A stretch of DNA of 64,000 nt from Patescibacteria group bacterium. Its GTDB lineage: Bacteria; Patescibacteriota; Minisyncoccia; Portnoybacterales; UBA2143. The stretch is taken from positions 115,131 through 179,130 of the forward strand of contig JAHJSM010000002.1 of the NCBI GenBank assembly GCA_018830295.1, given 5' to 3'. Position numbers and translations under genes: made by a program. Under the pieces are notes generated by a model, which saw nothing but the letters and a program-made list of their open reading frames with translations, had not been told where the DNA came from and searched no databases. The first letter of the stretch is position 1. The number at the start of each line of letters is the position of its first letter. This document shows positions 21,262 through 32,565 of the stretch, in pieces.

Positions 21262-21819
21262 TTAGAAACTGACTTTGACCGGCTCCCTTTCCGCTTCGTT
21301 TTCTGTCTCAAAGAAATCTCTTTTCTTAAAGCCGAGCGCCCCAGCGATTAAGTTGTTGGGGAATTGTTGAATTTTAATATTGATGTCGCGGACATTGCCG
21401 TTGTAAAATCGGCGCGACGCTTGGATTTTGTCTTCGGTGTCGGTCAATTCTCTTTGCAGTTCCAAAAAATTTTCGTTCGCTTTCAAATCGGGATAATTTT
21501 CTGACACGGCGAATAATGATTTCAAAGTTCCCGACAAAATGTTTTCTTTTTCCGCTTTTTCGTTTGGATTTTCCGCGCCCATCGCCGCCGTTCGGGCTTG
21601 TGTTACTTTCTCAAAAAGCGTTTTTTCATGCGCGGCGTATCCCTTAACCGTTTCAATCAAATTAGGAATTAAATCATATCTCCTTTTTAATTGAACATCT
21701 ATATCGGACCACGCTTCGTCTGTTCTGTTTCTCATCTTAATCAAGCCGTTATAGATGGCGATTAACCACAGAACAACAACAACCGCTAAAATAATTATAA
21801 CCCACAAAATTGTTGGCAT
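21262..21819 (-). CDS. lemA: LemA family protein
   Basis: IDVQLKRRYDLIPNL and YPDLKAN motifs; paired with htpX. Confidence 0.95.
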   Translation of the reverse strand: MPTILWVIIILAVVVVLWLIAIYNGLIKMRNRTDEAWSDIDVQLKRRYDLIPNLIETVKGYAAHEKTLFEKVTQARTAAMGAENPNEKAEKENILSGTLKSLFAVSENYPDLKANENFLELQRELTDTEDKIQASRRFYNGNVRDINIKIQQFPNNLIAGALGFKKRDFFETENEAEREPVKVSF

Positions 21820-21938
21820 ATTTTTTTATTCCCCAAAAACCAAATCTAACTTTTTTCAAAAAATTAAAGCCAATTTAAGAGGTGTTTTTATCGCTTCTTT
21901 TACCGCCATTATACTTCCAAAAACATATTTTCGCAACT

Positions 21939-21971
21939 AAAAAGTGTTCAACGTTGAACGTTGAACACTTT
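21939..21971. terminator. Hairpin downstream of groEL
   Basis: AAAAGTGTTCAACGT..CGTTGAACACTTTT inverted repeat. Confidence 0.55.
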
Positions 21972-21996
21972 TAGGTTTGACCTCAATTAAAGAAAA

Positions 21997-23649
<1,653 letters not shown>

Positions 23650-23928
23650 TTATTTCTCTAAAATCGCCAAAATATCTTCTTCTCTGGCTATTAAATATTC
23701 TTTTTTATCTATTTTAATTTCGCTCGGGCCATATTTGGCAAAAAGAACGATGTCGCCTTTCTTAACGCTCATTGGCTTTTTGGGTTTGCCTGGTCCAACC
23801 GCGACCACCTTGCCTTGCTCCGATTTTTCTTTATCGGCTGTGTCAGGCAAAATAATACCCGAAGCCGTTTTGTCCTCAACCGAAATTGGTTCAATGAGAA
23901 CTCTATCAGATAATGGTTTGATTTTCAT
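23650..23928 (-). CDS. groES: Co-chaperonin GroES
   Basis: [16 protein letters not shown] and VVAVGPG motifs. Confidence 0.97.
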   Translation of the reverse strand: MKIKPLSDRVLIEPISVEDKTASGIILPDTADKEKSEQGKVVAVGPGKPKKPMSVKKGDIVLFAKYGPSEIKIDKKEYLIAREEDILAILEK

Positions 23929-24008
23929 AAACTAATAAGCGAAAAACAACAAACGATAAATAAAACACAATTATTTGCCGCCCGTCATTCTCCGCTTCTT
24001 TAATATTT

Positions 24009-25010
24009 TTACACTGCCAATCCTGAATCCTTTTCCTCGCCTAATTCGCTCAATCTTAATTGACGTATTTTTTGATTATACTTTTCTAAAATTAATTTTT
24101 CGGGCGAGACCGGATGAAATTCCAACTGCTCATCATTAAAAAACACCCTGCCTCCTTTTTGATTAGTCAGGGGATCTTTTTTAATCCGCCCTTCTTGAAA
24201 TCTCTTCAAGAGTAATTCTAACTTATCACCTACCTTATTGTCAAGAATTGATTCAATCGCTTTTCTAAAAAAACCCAATAAATAACTCGTTTTTACGCTT
24301 CTTAAATATCCCTTCTTGGCAAGCGGATAAAAAAGTAAATAGTCCCCGACCCAAGAATTTTCTTCCTGAAACTTGCGATACAAGAAAGGCGGTTTTTCCT
24401 CCCAGATAGGCGTCAAGCGCGCGTAGGTCTGGGCATTATACAAACTTTGAAAAGGAATTTTGAGCGATTTATCGGTTAAGTAATGATTGAGGCAAAACCG
24501 ATTTTTGGTCAAATTATTATGCCGCCTCTGCCCGATTAAATGGATAAACAAAGTCGTCAGCCCTCGACAAGTCCAGATTCTGCCAAACTTGGAAACAATC
24601 AAAAGGTCTATATCTGATTTGTCTTTCGTATTGTTCATCGCCAAAGAGCCACTTACCATAATTAATTTAATAAAAGGAATTAATTGCAAGAAATAGATAA
24701 CGCGTCGCGCCTTCTTCCACTTCTTATCCGCTATTTTCTGCCTTTCAATTCTTTCCTCAACAATCCCCTCTCGCCCGCGGAGAAAATAAAGCCCGTTTTT
24801 CTCGCCAATCGCTTTTTTTAATTCTCGGCTATTTTCCAACGCATTACAAAACGGGGACAAAAAAGATGGGGACAGTCCCCCGTCTTCGGGGGCTGCCCCC
24901 ATCTTCTGACAATTTATCCCATATCTAAAAATCTCCCAACCATTAAGCGGTCTGTCTAAAACATCATAATAAACAAGAGTCGCCAAAACTGACTTTTCTA
25001 AATGGGTCAT
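24009..25010 (-). CDS. Nucleotidyltransferase-fold hypothetical protein
   Basis: SGSLA...SDIDLLI pol-beta-type motif; carries an in-frame palindrome. Confidence 0.7.
   Translation of the reverse strand: MTHLEKSVLATLVYYDVLDRPLNGWEIFRYGINCQKMGAAPEDGGLSPSFLSPFCNALENSRELKKAIGEKNGLYFLRGREGIVEERIERQKIADKKWKKARRVIYFLQLIPFIKLIMVSGSLAMNNTKDKSDIDLLIVSKFGRIWTCRGLTTLFIHLIGQRRHNNLTKNRFCLNHYLTDKSLKIPFQSLYNAQTYARLTPIWEEKPPFLYRKFQEENSWVGDYLLFYPLAKKGYLRSVKTSYLLGFFRKAIESILDNKVGDKLELLLKRFQEGRIKKDPLTNQKGGRVFFNDEQLEFHPVSPEKLILEKYNQKIRQLRLSELGEEKDSGLAV
24863..24905. repeat. REP-like palindrome in frame inside CDS
   Basis: AAGATGGGGACAGTCCCCCG-TCTT-CGGGGGCTGCCCCCATCTT. Confidence 0.8.
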
Positions 25011-25077
25011 ATAATTATATTATACCTTATCCTGACCAAACAAAAAAGGCGCTCGGTTTTTTACCAAGCGCCCAGTT

Positions 25078-25794
25078 TTATTCCCAAAATCCCGAAAAAT
25101 CCATATCTTCAGGATAAGGATACGGCGGCTGTCCAAATATCGCCACCCATTCTCTGCCCTTCCCAAGATCGGTAGTAATAGGAACCCCCGCCCGACACAG
25201 TGGACATGGCGCTTCTCTTAAATCATATTGCTCCAACTTTTTAGCGAAATATGGATAGTATTGTTCTACTCCTAACGATTCAGCCGTCTGTCCGCCCCTG
25301 TCAACAAAACAAGTCGCCGCTATAATATTTCCATTAACCGCGTTTCGGAAAAGTTTAGCGACTTCCTTTATTGTCGCGCCGTTGTCAACAATATTGTCAT
25401 GGATGATAAAAGCGGTGTTTTGATAATATCCCAATAGTTTATCTGGAATTATATGATAATCTTGACCTTCATTATCCCTAACCAGTTGGGTTCGGGCAGG
25501 GAAAAATGGAATGCGGATGACCGATTCAAAGAACGCGGCCAATGACAAACTAAACGGAATTGCCCCGTAGGCCGGACCGATAATCCCAACTTTTTTTACC
25601 CCGTTAAATCCTAGACCTAAAGTTAAGGCATTAGCCCCGACCCGATCAATAAGACTTATCAGTTTTTTCGCTCCCATTTTCGGAAATTGCTCTTTGTTGA
25701 TATAAAGATTACCATGGGCATAACCCTCCTCATAAACAAAATGCCCTTCAGCAACCACACCCGTCTCTTTAATAAACTCACCTGTTCCAGTCAT
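25078..25794 (-). CDS. Phosphoribosyltransferase (orotate PRTase-like, divergent)
   Basis: GHF motif, atypical PRPP loop HDNIVDNGAT, C-terminal CPLC; downstream of pyrF. Confidence 0.75.
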   Translation of the reverse strand: MTGTGEFIKETGVVAEGHFVYEEGYAHGNLYINKEQFPKMGAKKLISLIDRVGANALTLGLGFNGVKKVGIIGPAYGAIPFSLSLAAFFESVIRIPFFPARTQLVRDNEGQDYHIIPDKLLGYYQNTAFIIHDNIVDNGATIKEVAKLFRNAVNGNIIAATCFVDRGGQTAESLGVEQYYPYFAKKLEQYDLREAPCPLCRAGVPITTDLGKGREWVAIFGQPPYPYPEDMDFSGFWE

Positions 25795-25813
25795 AATTTC
25801 TCACTTCCCCTTT

Positions 25814-26698
25814 CTACAAAAACTCATTAATCTGATCTCTCAATTCTTTGGCTTTTTGCGCGGCCGCGGCGGCGAAGTCGTCTCCTTGGCTGGCAAAAGT
25901 AATGCCTGATGAAGAATTAATAGCAATAGAGCCGGGACCCATATAAGCAGCTCTAACGGTTTCTTCAATAAATCCGCCCTGGGTTCCAATTCCCGGAATT
26001 AGGAACCATAATCTATTGCCGACAACTACCCTGGCGCGGGATAAATGCTCTGAAAAAATCTTTCCAGAGCCCTTCGGATATTCGTGAGCTGCCGCCATAA
26101 CTAATCCTGCGTTTTCCACAATCCCCAAACCTTCAGCCCATTCTAATATACGACGGGCCATAAAAAGCCAATACGGCCACTCTTGTTCAGTCATTATATC
26201 CTGAACTTCTCTCGCGGAAGGATTACTGGTATAACACAGGCCCACAATCGCCCTTCCAAGATGTTCTTTATCAACAAGATACTCCATACAATCTTTCCCC
26301 ATATACGGAGAAAAATTCATCCCATCAACACCATCAATCTCAAAATGAGCAATCTTGTATCGCTGTTGCGTCCGACCAATATCGCCTCGTTTGCAGTCCA
26401 AAAAAACAGGAATGTCGGGATATTTGTGATGAATATAATCCACTATAAATCGCAAAATATTATGACCATCTGGTAATGCTTCGTAGTGCGCCTTTTGCGG
26501 TTTGAACATTGAAGCAAATGGAGCAGTAGCATCAACTATATCTCTTAACCACAACTCAACGGCGCTATTCAGATACCTTCTATCAATCCTTTTAGCATAA
26601 AGATTAGGAAGTTTCTCTACTAACGGGTCAAGTCCCACGCAAACCAAAGAACTAATTTTTTCTTGGCGTTCTGCCAACATTTCTCTGAAATTTCGCAT
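25814..26698 (-). CDS. pyrF: Orotidine-5'-phosphate decarboxylase
   Basis: CVGLDP, DCKRGDIG and LIPGIGTQGG motifs. Confidence 0.93.
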   Translation of the reverse strand: MRNFREMLAERQEKISSLVCVGLDPLVEKLPNLYAKRIDRRYLNSAVELWLRDIVDATAPFASMFKPQKAHYEALPDGHNILRFIVDYIHHKYPDIPVFLDCKRGDIGRTQQRYKIAHFEIDGVDGMNFSPYMGKDCMEYLVDKEHLGRAIVGLCYTSNPSAREVQDIMTEQEWPYWLFMARRILEWAEGLGIVENAGLVMAAAHEYPKGSGKIFSEHLSRARVVVGNRLWFLIPGIGTQGGFIEETVRAAYMGPGSIAINSSSGITFASQGDDFAAAAAQKAKELRDQINEFL

Positions 26699-26716
26699 AA
26701 CACTCCTCCTTTATTT

Positions 26717-26774
26717 AAAAGTTAAGGAACTATTTATTTGCGATTATTCTACCAATATTGATGAATTAGTCAAT
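26717..26774 (-). promoter_or_regulatory. Duplicated promoter/leader (copy 1) upstream of pyrF
   Basis: TTGACT-16-(TG)TAGAAT then GTTCCTTAAC; near-identical to 28408-28465. Confidence 0.75.
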
Positions 26775-26855
26775 GTTTTACCTTATTTTTGCCTTTAATC
26801 CTAAAACAAAAAGGCGTCCAGTTTTATTTTTTAAAACCGAACGCCTGCGCTGAAA

Positions 26856-27521
26856 TTAATTTTTTCCAGTTAGTTCCCTCCAGTGACTTTTGGGCCGATA
26901 TCTTAGAGATCCTGCTTTACATAACGGGCAATTTTCTGGACTAACTGTCCAAACTTCTTTTTCAATCAAAGCTATCGCTTTCTGTTCTCCATAATCAACT
27001 GGCAGTTTTGATGGTCTGTGAATTAGGATACCAATTTCTGGCAAAAAATTCACCGGTTCAGTATTGCCTTCCTCTACTGCTCGCCGCACTTCCTTAAATG
27101 TTCCACTAGTGGTAACAAGTTCTTCTATTTGAAGAATAGTTGCTCCAGCTGGAATAGTCATTCGCCGCCAAATCATTCTTTTGCCCTTCTGGTCAGTCGG
27201 ATCTTTTTCAGTAAAGGCATGGACAGCGCCAATGGCCTTGGCTACTTCATAAGAAAAAGTAATAGCCGAATAAGGGGAACCAATAGTCCAGTCCACCTTA
27301 TTTACTCCGTTCTGTTTTAGTTTCCGAACAAGTTCCTGAGCTAAATTTTCGTTTAGATATGGATATTTTAGAACTTCAGAGCAATTAAAATATCCATTAC
27401 TACATAGACCCGAAGTTAATTCCGCATGCGGTTTTTTGGAATTGCCATCGTGAATCCATACTGCGTTGCATTTATCAAACCAACCAAGGATCATCTCTGG
27501 ATCCATAGTGCCTTCATCCAT
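26856..27521 (-). CDS. Orotate phosphoribosyltransferase-like protein
   Basis: LTSG..S.GYFNC, IEELVTTSGT PRPP loop, CPLC; between pyrD and pyrF. Confidence 0.8.
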   Translation of the reverse strand: MDEGTMDPEMILGWFDKCNAVWIHDGNSKKPHAELTSGLCSNGYFNCSEVLKYPYLNENLAQELVRKLKQNGVNKVDWTIGSPYSAITFSYEVAKAIGAVHAFTEKDPTDQKGKRMIWRRMTIPAGATILQIEELVTTSGTFKEVRRAVEEGNTEPVNFLPEIGILIHRPSKLPVDYGEQKAIALIEKEVWTVSPENCPLCKAGSLRYRPKSHWRELTGKN

Positions 27522-27525
27522 AATT

Positions 27526-28383
27526 CTACCTCCCCATATCTCTTCTTACAAACATTGTTGGTCGCCATGGATATTGAATAAAAACAGAGCCAAAACTAAT
27601 TGCCTTCGCGCCAATTTGCCTTAATCTTTCAATGTCCTGAAATTCCCATACACTCGGTCCAATTACCGGAATTGAAGTTAGTTCAATAATTTCCCTAAGA
27701 AATTTCCACGTAAACGGTTGAGCTACTCTCCCTGAAACGCCGCCATCGCTCAAACGAAATAACGGACTTTTTTGGTTAGGAAAAGCAGTTTTCCAAGGAA
27801 CGCTGTTAATATCAATAGCTTCAACTAATCCTTTTATCCGAGGAAGAATTGCTTTAATATTATGAACAACTGAAAGTTTAAGAAAAATTGGAAATCGGCT
27901 TACTTCTTTTACTGCTTGGCATCCTTTAATAATTTTTCTAGTATTTTTCAACCAATCACTTTCGGTGTTGGGGCAAGAAGCGTTAATTTCCAAACCAACC
28001 AAGTCAAAATCATTTAATATAATGGCCATTTCGGCAAGCTCTTGAATGTTATCCGAAAGAATAGAGCCAACTATAGGAATTTTCTTCCTATCAACTTTTG
28101 GACCAATTTTTTGACGCCACCATTTAATCCCTGGATTAGTCAGTCCTGCGGCATTCACAACGCCGCCCGGCAAAAAACGAATACACCTAAACGGATTATG
28201 CCAGCGTAAATTTCCTTTTTTAGGTTTATAAGTAAGAGTTTTGATAACAACCGTGAAAAGAGACGGATCAAACAACTCAACCCATTTCAAAGACCATTCC
28301 CATGGCCATCCGGCCCCATCAAAACCTAATGCCCCGCTCGCCGCGACATACTCAAACCGATGACCATTGGAAAGTTGTATCAT
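27526..28383 (-). CDS. pyrD: Dihydroorotate dehydrogenase (class 1-like)
   Basis: NAAGLTNPG, EINASCPN and GGVSG motifs. Confidence 0.85.
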   Translation of the reverse strand: MIQLSNGHRFEYVAASGALGFDGAGWPWEWSLKWVELFDPSLFTVVIKTLTYKPKKGNLRWHNPFRCIRFLPGGVVNAAGLTNPGIKWWRQKIGPKVDRKKIPIVGSILSDNIQELAEMAIILNDFDLVGLEINASCPNTESDWLKNTRKIIKGCQAVKEVSRFPIFLKLSVVHNIKAILPRIKGLVEAIDINSVPWKTAFPNQKSPLFRLSDGGVSGRVAQPFTWKFLREIIELTSIPVIGPSVWEFQDIERLRQIGAKAISFGSVFIQYPWRPTMFVRRDMGR

Positions 28384-28407
28384 TTCTTCACCTCCTTTTC
28401 AATATTC

Positions 28408-28465
28408 AAAAGTTAAGGAACTATTTATTTGCGATTATTCTACCAACATTGACGAATTAGTCAAT
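28408..28465 (-). promoter_or_regulatory. Duplicated promoter/leader (copy 2) upstream of pyrD
   Basis: Same ~58 bp as 26717-26774; followed by SD AAAAGGAGGTG. Confidence 0.75.
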
Positions 28466-28704
28466 CCCAAAACAACCGCTTGGGCGATTCTATCGCTGAT
28501 AATTGATTTTTCGCTTGGGATGACTTTAAATTTTTTAATATCAGACAAGTTGATTTTATTTTTCTTCAAAAATTTATCCAATTCAACCAAAAGCGTTTCG
28601 CTTAATTGATAAAGGCCGTCCCATTTATGGACGGCGATTTGCTTTTTACCCAGTTTAAGAACCAAGCAAAGTTTTTCTCCTGACAAATCAATAATTAAAG
28701 TCAT
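28435..28704 (-). CDS. Small TsaB N-terminal-like protein
   Basis: LIIDLS, LSETLLVELDKFL and R(I)AQAVV resemble the TsaB N-domain. Confidence 0.55.
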   Translation of the reverse strand: MTLIIDLSGEKLCLVLKLGKKQIAVHKWDGLYQLSETLLVELDKFLKKNKINLSDIKKFKVIPSEKSIISDRIAQAVVLGLTNSSMLVE

Positions 28705-29081
28705 TTCTCTTTTCTTTTTTTTTCTAATTCCCTAATACCATTTTCGCTAAAGCCAAAATGATGAGCGATTTCGTGCCAGACAGTATTTTTTACTAAATCA
28801 ATTATTTCTTTTTCGGACTTGGCCGATTTTTCTATTGGTTTCTGAAAAATACTGATTTTATCTGGCAAAATATTGCCAAAACCCCTGCCCCATGCTGTCT
28901 GCGGCACTCCGTGATATAATCCAAAAAGAGAGTTTGCGGATTTAAGTCCAAGATCTCGCATTTGCTCTGGAGACGCGCTTGGCTCCACAACAATCTCCAC
29001 ATTATCCATTTTTTGACGGATATGCTCTGGTATTTCCAAAATCGCTTTTTCGACTAATTTATTAAAATCATCTGTTCGCAT
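28701..29081 (-). CDS. Zincin-like metallopeptidase
   Basis: LFGLYHG, PDKISIF and HEIAHHFG motifs. Confidence 0.88.
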   Translation of the reverse strand: MRTDDFNKLVEKAILEIPEHIRQKMDNVEIVVEPSASPEQMRDLGLKSANSLFGLYHGVPQTAWGRGFGNILPDKISIFQKPIEKSAKSEKEIIDLVKNTVWHEIAHHFGFSENGIRELEKKRKEK

Positions 29082-29098
29082 ACTATTAGGAAAAAATC

Positions 29099-29320
29099 TT
29101 AAACTTTGATCTTAAAAACCTTATTCCTTCGCTGAAAACCGCTTATCATTTTAACATCATCGCGCGAAACACCAAAATACTCCGCTAAAGCGTTCGCGAC
29201 CGCCCGATTTGCCATCCCCTTAATCGGTTTCTCCTTAACCCAAATCTCAAAACTATCTTCAGATTTTTTAATAATTTCCTTCTTCCCCGCCGAAGGAAAA
29301 ACCTTAACTTTAATAAGCAT
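29099..29320 (-). CDS. DUF167 family protein
   Basis: IKVKVFP..G.AN..LAEYFGV..K pattern. Confidence 0.85.
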   Translation of the reverse strand: MLIKVKVFPSAGKKEIIKKSEDSFEIWVKEKPIKGMANRAVANALAEYFGVSRDDVKMISGFQRRNKVFKIKV

Positions 29321-29446
29321 ATAAATTTTCTATTTTTTGTGTATTATACACCGATACTTAATGAGCGCGCAATCTTGACAATTTATATAATATATACTAT
29401 CATACCATTAGCACTTTAAAATATTAAACAAAAGGAGGAGGAAGAA

Positions 29447-30484
29447 ATGAAAAAATCAATCGGTATCGCGGCAATGATGGTTGTGGTTTTGTTGTTTATC
29501 GCTCAAACGGCGCAAGCAATTCAACCTAATAACCTGCAAAACGCGGTCTTATCTTATCTTGACCAACCAGATTTTGCTGGAAAGGAGTTTTGGCAAAAAC
29601 TAAGCAACACTAAAACAGAGATTGAAATGATAGATTTTTCTGAAGGAAATATTTATCTTTCAATTGACACTAATGATTACAGCAAAAAAATACTTGATTT
29701 AATCTGTATAAACCCTAAACAGATTGAATTCGGCAAAACAGAACAGGCCGACAGATATTTTTTCCGTTTGCCGATTGATAATCTTAAAATAGATTTATCA
29801 AAAAAGGTAAGATATCAATTTGGCAAAATCACTTATGATATTTCTATCCCTGAACTTTACGCCTTCATTTCCAACAGAAGCGTTTATGGCGGATACCTGA
29901 ATGTTTTAAGAAGTATTGAAAATAACACTATTGCTATCTTTTTTAATCATGGCGCTTTTGTCGCTAAAAAAGGAGAAGTGTCATTGGAAAAACTGGCTTC
30001 CCGCATTACAGCTGGCGCAACCAGCAAAGAAGCCAAGGCCCAAAAACTGCTTGATTTTGTCACTGCGGAAATTGAATACGATTACGCGGAGGCATTGTCT
30101 AGCGCGGAAACGCTTAAAAGACCGAATGAAACTCTGATGACTAAACGGTCTGATTGTAGCGGCAAGGTTATTCTATACGCTTCATTATTAGAGCAAGCGG
30201 ATATTGATTATCGATTGCTCTACATAGGCGACTCGTCGGTTGATCACATATCTGTGGCTGTTGAAGGCAGTTATCCTAATTCAAACAACCTTGAGTTTGA
30301 ATTAGGAACAAAGAAATATAGTGTCGCCGAAACCACCATTGAAGAATTTAAAATCGGCAGAAGTATACCAGCGACCGTATTTGGTCATAAAATACGCCTA
30401 TCTTATATTAAGTATATCCAAAAGCCGGGAAAGGATTCTAAAATCCTTGATGTAAAAACCGGCGAACCGTTGGAGTTCTATTAA
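29447..30484 (+). CDS. Secreted transglutaminase-like protein
   Basis: Signal peptide; SDC/DH/AETT triad; own promoter TTGACA-17-TATCAT and SD AAAGGAGGAGG. Confidence 0.75.
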   Translation: MKKSIGIAAMMVVVLLFIAQTAQAIQPNNLQNAVLSYLDQPDFAGKEFWQKLSNTKTEIEMIDFSEGNIYLSIDTNDYSKKILDLICINPKQIEFGKTEQADRYFFRLPIDNLKIDLSKKVRYQFGKITYDISIPELYAFISNRSVYGGYLNVLRSIENNTIAIFFNHGAFVAKKGEVSLEKLASRITAGATSKEAKAQKLLDFVTAEIEYDYAEALSSAETLKRPNETLMTKRSDCSGKVILYASLLEQADIDYRLLYIGDSSVDHISVAVEGSYPNSNNLEFELGTKKYSVAETTIEEFKIGRSIPATVFGHKIRLSYIKYIQKPGKDSKILDVKTGEPLEFY

Positions 30485-30491
30485 CAAAAAC

Positions 30492-30518
30492 AAAGAGAGC
30501 TTAACCAGCTCTCTTTTT
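30492..30518. terminator. Bidirectional intrinsic terminator
   Basis: AAAGAGAGC..GCTCTCTTTT between convergent genes. Confidence 0.75.
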
Positions 30519-30844
30519 CATTTAAAATTATCCGCGTCAATTTCAATCCAATCGCGCGCATTCATATCCCATTTGAAGGCCGTCATCCTGCTTGTTTTTT
30601 CGTCCTTACTATAAACATATTCTTCCCCTGAACCTGAACCGATGCGGCGAGAAAAAAATGTTTTTTTATCAAGCACAACTGGTTTTGTCGTAAACTCTAA
30701 CTTAACCCTGCCGATCGGGCTTTTAAAGGTAATATGTTCAACATCCACTCCCCCGCGTTCGTCCAAATGCTCGTTCCCAAAATCTTCCACCTCAAACTTA
30801 TCCTTAATATCACCCACTAAATTTTCCCATTTTTCAGGCAACAT
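30518..30844 (-). CDS. Hypothetical protein
   Basis: Operonic with the nuclease and ybaB-like gene. Confidence 0.6.
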   Translation of the reverse strand: MLPEKWENLVGDIKDKFEVEDFGNEHLDERGGVDVEHITFKSPIGRVKLEFTTKPVVLDKKTFFSRRIGSGSGEEYVYSKDEKTSRMTAFKWDMNARDWIEIDADNFK

Positions 30845-30848
30845 ATTT

Positions 30849-31607
30849 TTATTTTGATAATTCTTCTTTCGCCGCTTCCTCTCGATAGGCGCAATAATCG
30901 CATTCGCTGTTTGCCAAAGGAATTTTATTATTCATCATACACTTATGGGCGTCAACAATCGCTTTTTCCACCCAAAAATCATCACCCTTATACGGAATAA
31001 TTTTCACATCAAATTCTAATTTCCCATCAAACGCTTTTACATCTTTTTTACCATTACAATAAACAAAATATCCCGTGTCTGAAATTTTCAAATCGTTTCG
31101 CCGTAAAAGCCATTGATAAATTTCCATCTGCCTCTTATATCCGTCCTGCCATTCCGCGTCTAAATTAACATCGCCATCCTTACTCGTCGCCTTATAGTCC
31201 ACAACATAAACAATTTTTTCTTTATCAACCCATAAATCATCAACCGCTCCGGTAATAATTAAATTGGTCGGTTCATGAAAATATTGAACGCCCTTAAAAT
31301 TTTCTCTCCATTCATTCAATTTTGGATGACTAAAAGGAATTAAATTCAAACAATATTCCTCCATAAAAGGATGCGCTTTATTCTCCGCCCGATGAATATC
31401 AAATTCTTTTTTAAGCAAAAAGTCCACCGCCGAGTTTAAACTAAAAGGATAACCGGGCGGCCTGCCGACGCCCAATCGCCGGTCAAGATAAAAACAGCGC
31501 GGACAAGACAAAAACAAGTCAATCTTTGAACGGCTTAATTTGAAAATATCCTTTGATTCCGGGTCAAAAAGATTATATTTTCTCTTTGGGTTATAGTATT
31601 GCGACAT
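30849..31607 (-). CDS. PD-(D/E)XK nuclease
   Basis: CPRCF, GAVDD, VDYK, QMEIY and CDYC motifs. Confidence 0.82.
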   Translation of the reverse strand: MSQYYNPKRKYNLFDPESKDIFKLSRSKIDLFLSCPRCFYLDRRLGVGRPPGYPFSLNSAVDFLLKKEFDIHRAENKAHPFMEEYCLNLIPFSHPKLNEWRENFKGVQYFHEPTNLIITGAVDDLWVDKEKIVYVVDYKATSKDGDVNLDAEWQDGYKRQMEIYQWLLRRNDLKISDTGYFVYCNGKKDVKAFDGKLEFDVKIIPYKGDDFWVEKAIVDAHKCMMNNKIPLANSECDYCAYREEAAKEELSK

Positions 31608-31609
31608 AA

Positions 31610-31852
31610 TTACATCTTAAACATTTTCCGCGCGGCGAGCATTTGAATTTTCTTCATCGCCTCATTGGCGCAATTTTTGACCGCCTCCTCTTGTGATTCC
31701 TTGTTTAATTCCCCATTCAAAACAACTTCCTCTATTTCCATCTTGCCATTCACAACCACCTTGACGCCATTCTTCTCCGCTTCGGCTTTTTCTTTCCCAA
31801 GTTCGCCCTGCAACTCCTTTAATTTTTTTAACTCTTTTAATTTTTCAAACAT
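31610..31852 (-). CDS. YbaB/EbfC nucleoid-associated protein
   Basis: GVKVVVNGKME and helical termini. Confidence 0.8.
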   Translation of the reverse strand: MFEKLKELKKLKELQGELGKEKAEAEKNGVKVVVNGKMEIEEVVLNGELNKESQEEAVKNCANEAMKKIQMLAARKMFKM

Positions 31853-31911
31853 AGTATTTATATTATATCACTTCTTATCCACATATTCAACCTTGACTTA
31901 TTGTATGTTTA

Positions 31912-32121
31912 CTATATACTTAGAATATTAAGACGAAAGGGAATCCAAACGGCTTGCTGCCTAAGGAGACTCTTTCTTTTTTTATTGTTTAATTTTTCTT
32001 TTAAATATCTGCGAAATTTTACTAAATTAACAATCCATGCCGGCCTGCTGGATTTTGTCCCCATATATAAATTCTGTCCATCTATAAATGCCAAATTGTT
32101 TTCAACTTTTTTCTTTCTCAT
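31912..32121 (-). pseudogene. Internally deleted NYN/LabA (PIN-like) nuclease
   Basis: NNLAFIDGQNLYMG N-terminus, only 69 codons, remaining catalytic motifs absent. Confidence 0.7.
31935..31976 (+). ncRNA. Candidate small hairpin RNA antisense to the NYN 3' end
   Basis: Promoter TTGACT-16-TATACT from 31893; nested stems GAAAGGG/CTCTTTC, TCC/GGA, GGC/GCC, then T-run. Confidence 0.4.
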
Positions 32122-32205
32122 ATCCCCATTATACCAAAAAAACATTCTCTTGGCGATTTTTCCCGCAAAAAATCCCTTTAGCAAAATTCTGCCAAAGGGA
32201 TTATT

Positions 32206-32523
32206 TTATTTTTTCCTCCTTTTGTTTCTAATTGTCTCTCTTTGAATAGAAAGCTGAAGCTCATAAAGTTCGTCCCATCTCCAACTTCTCTTTCGCCTTT
32301 TCTTCATTACCCCGGTTATCTTGCTTTCATCAAGAAAAACCTCTTTGATAAACTGAATTGCTTCATGCGGCGTCAAATTTCCGAAAATATCATGCCACCT
32401 GCTGTGAAATCTTCTCGGGAAAATTTTTACATTATCTGACTCATTTCCCCCGCCCCTACTCTCTGGAATGATATGATGCTTAGATGGTTCATTTTTTCCG
32501 TTTCTACCATTTTTTCTAGCCAA
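32206..32523 (-). CDS. Small HNH-like protein
   Basis: HHIIPESRGG...N.......H..WH; TTG start with SD AAAGGAGG. Confidence 0.65.
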   Translation of the reverse strand: MARKNGRNGKNEPSKHHIIPESRGGGNESDNVKIFPRRFHSRWHDIFGNLTPHEAIQFIKEVFLDESKITGVMKKRRKRSWRWDELYELQLSIQRETIRNKRRKK

Positions 32524-32565
32524 AATATCCTCCTTTATCTTTTATATTTTTAAGTTACTATTTTC

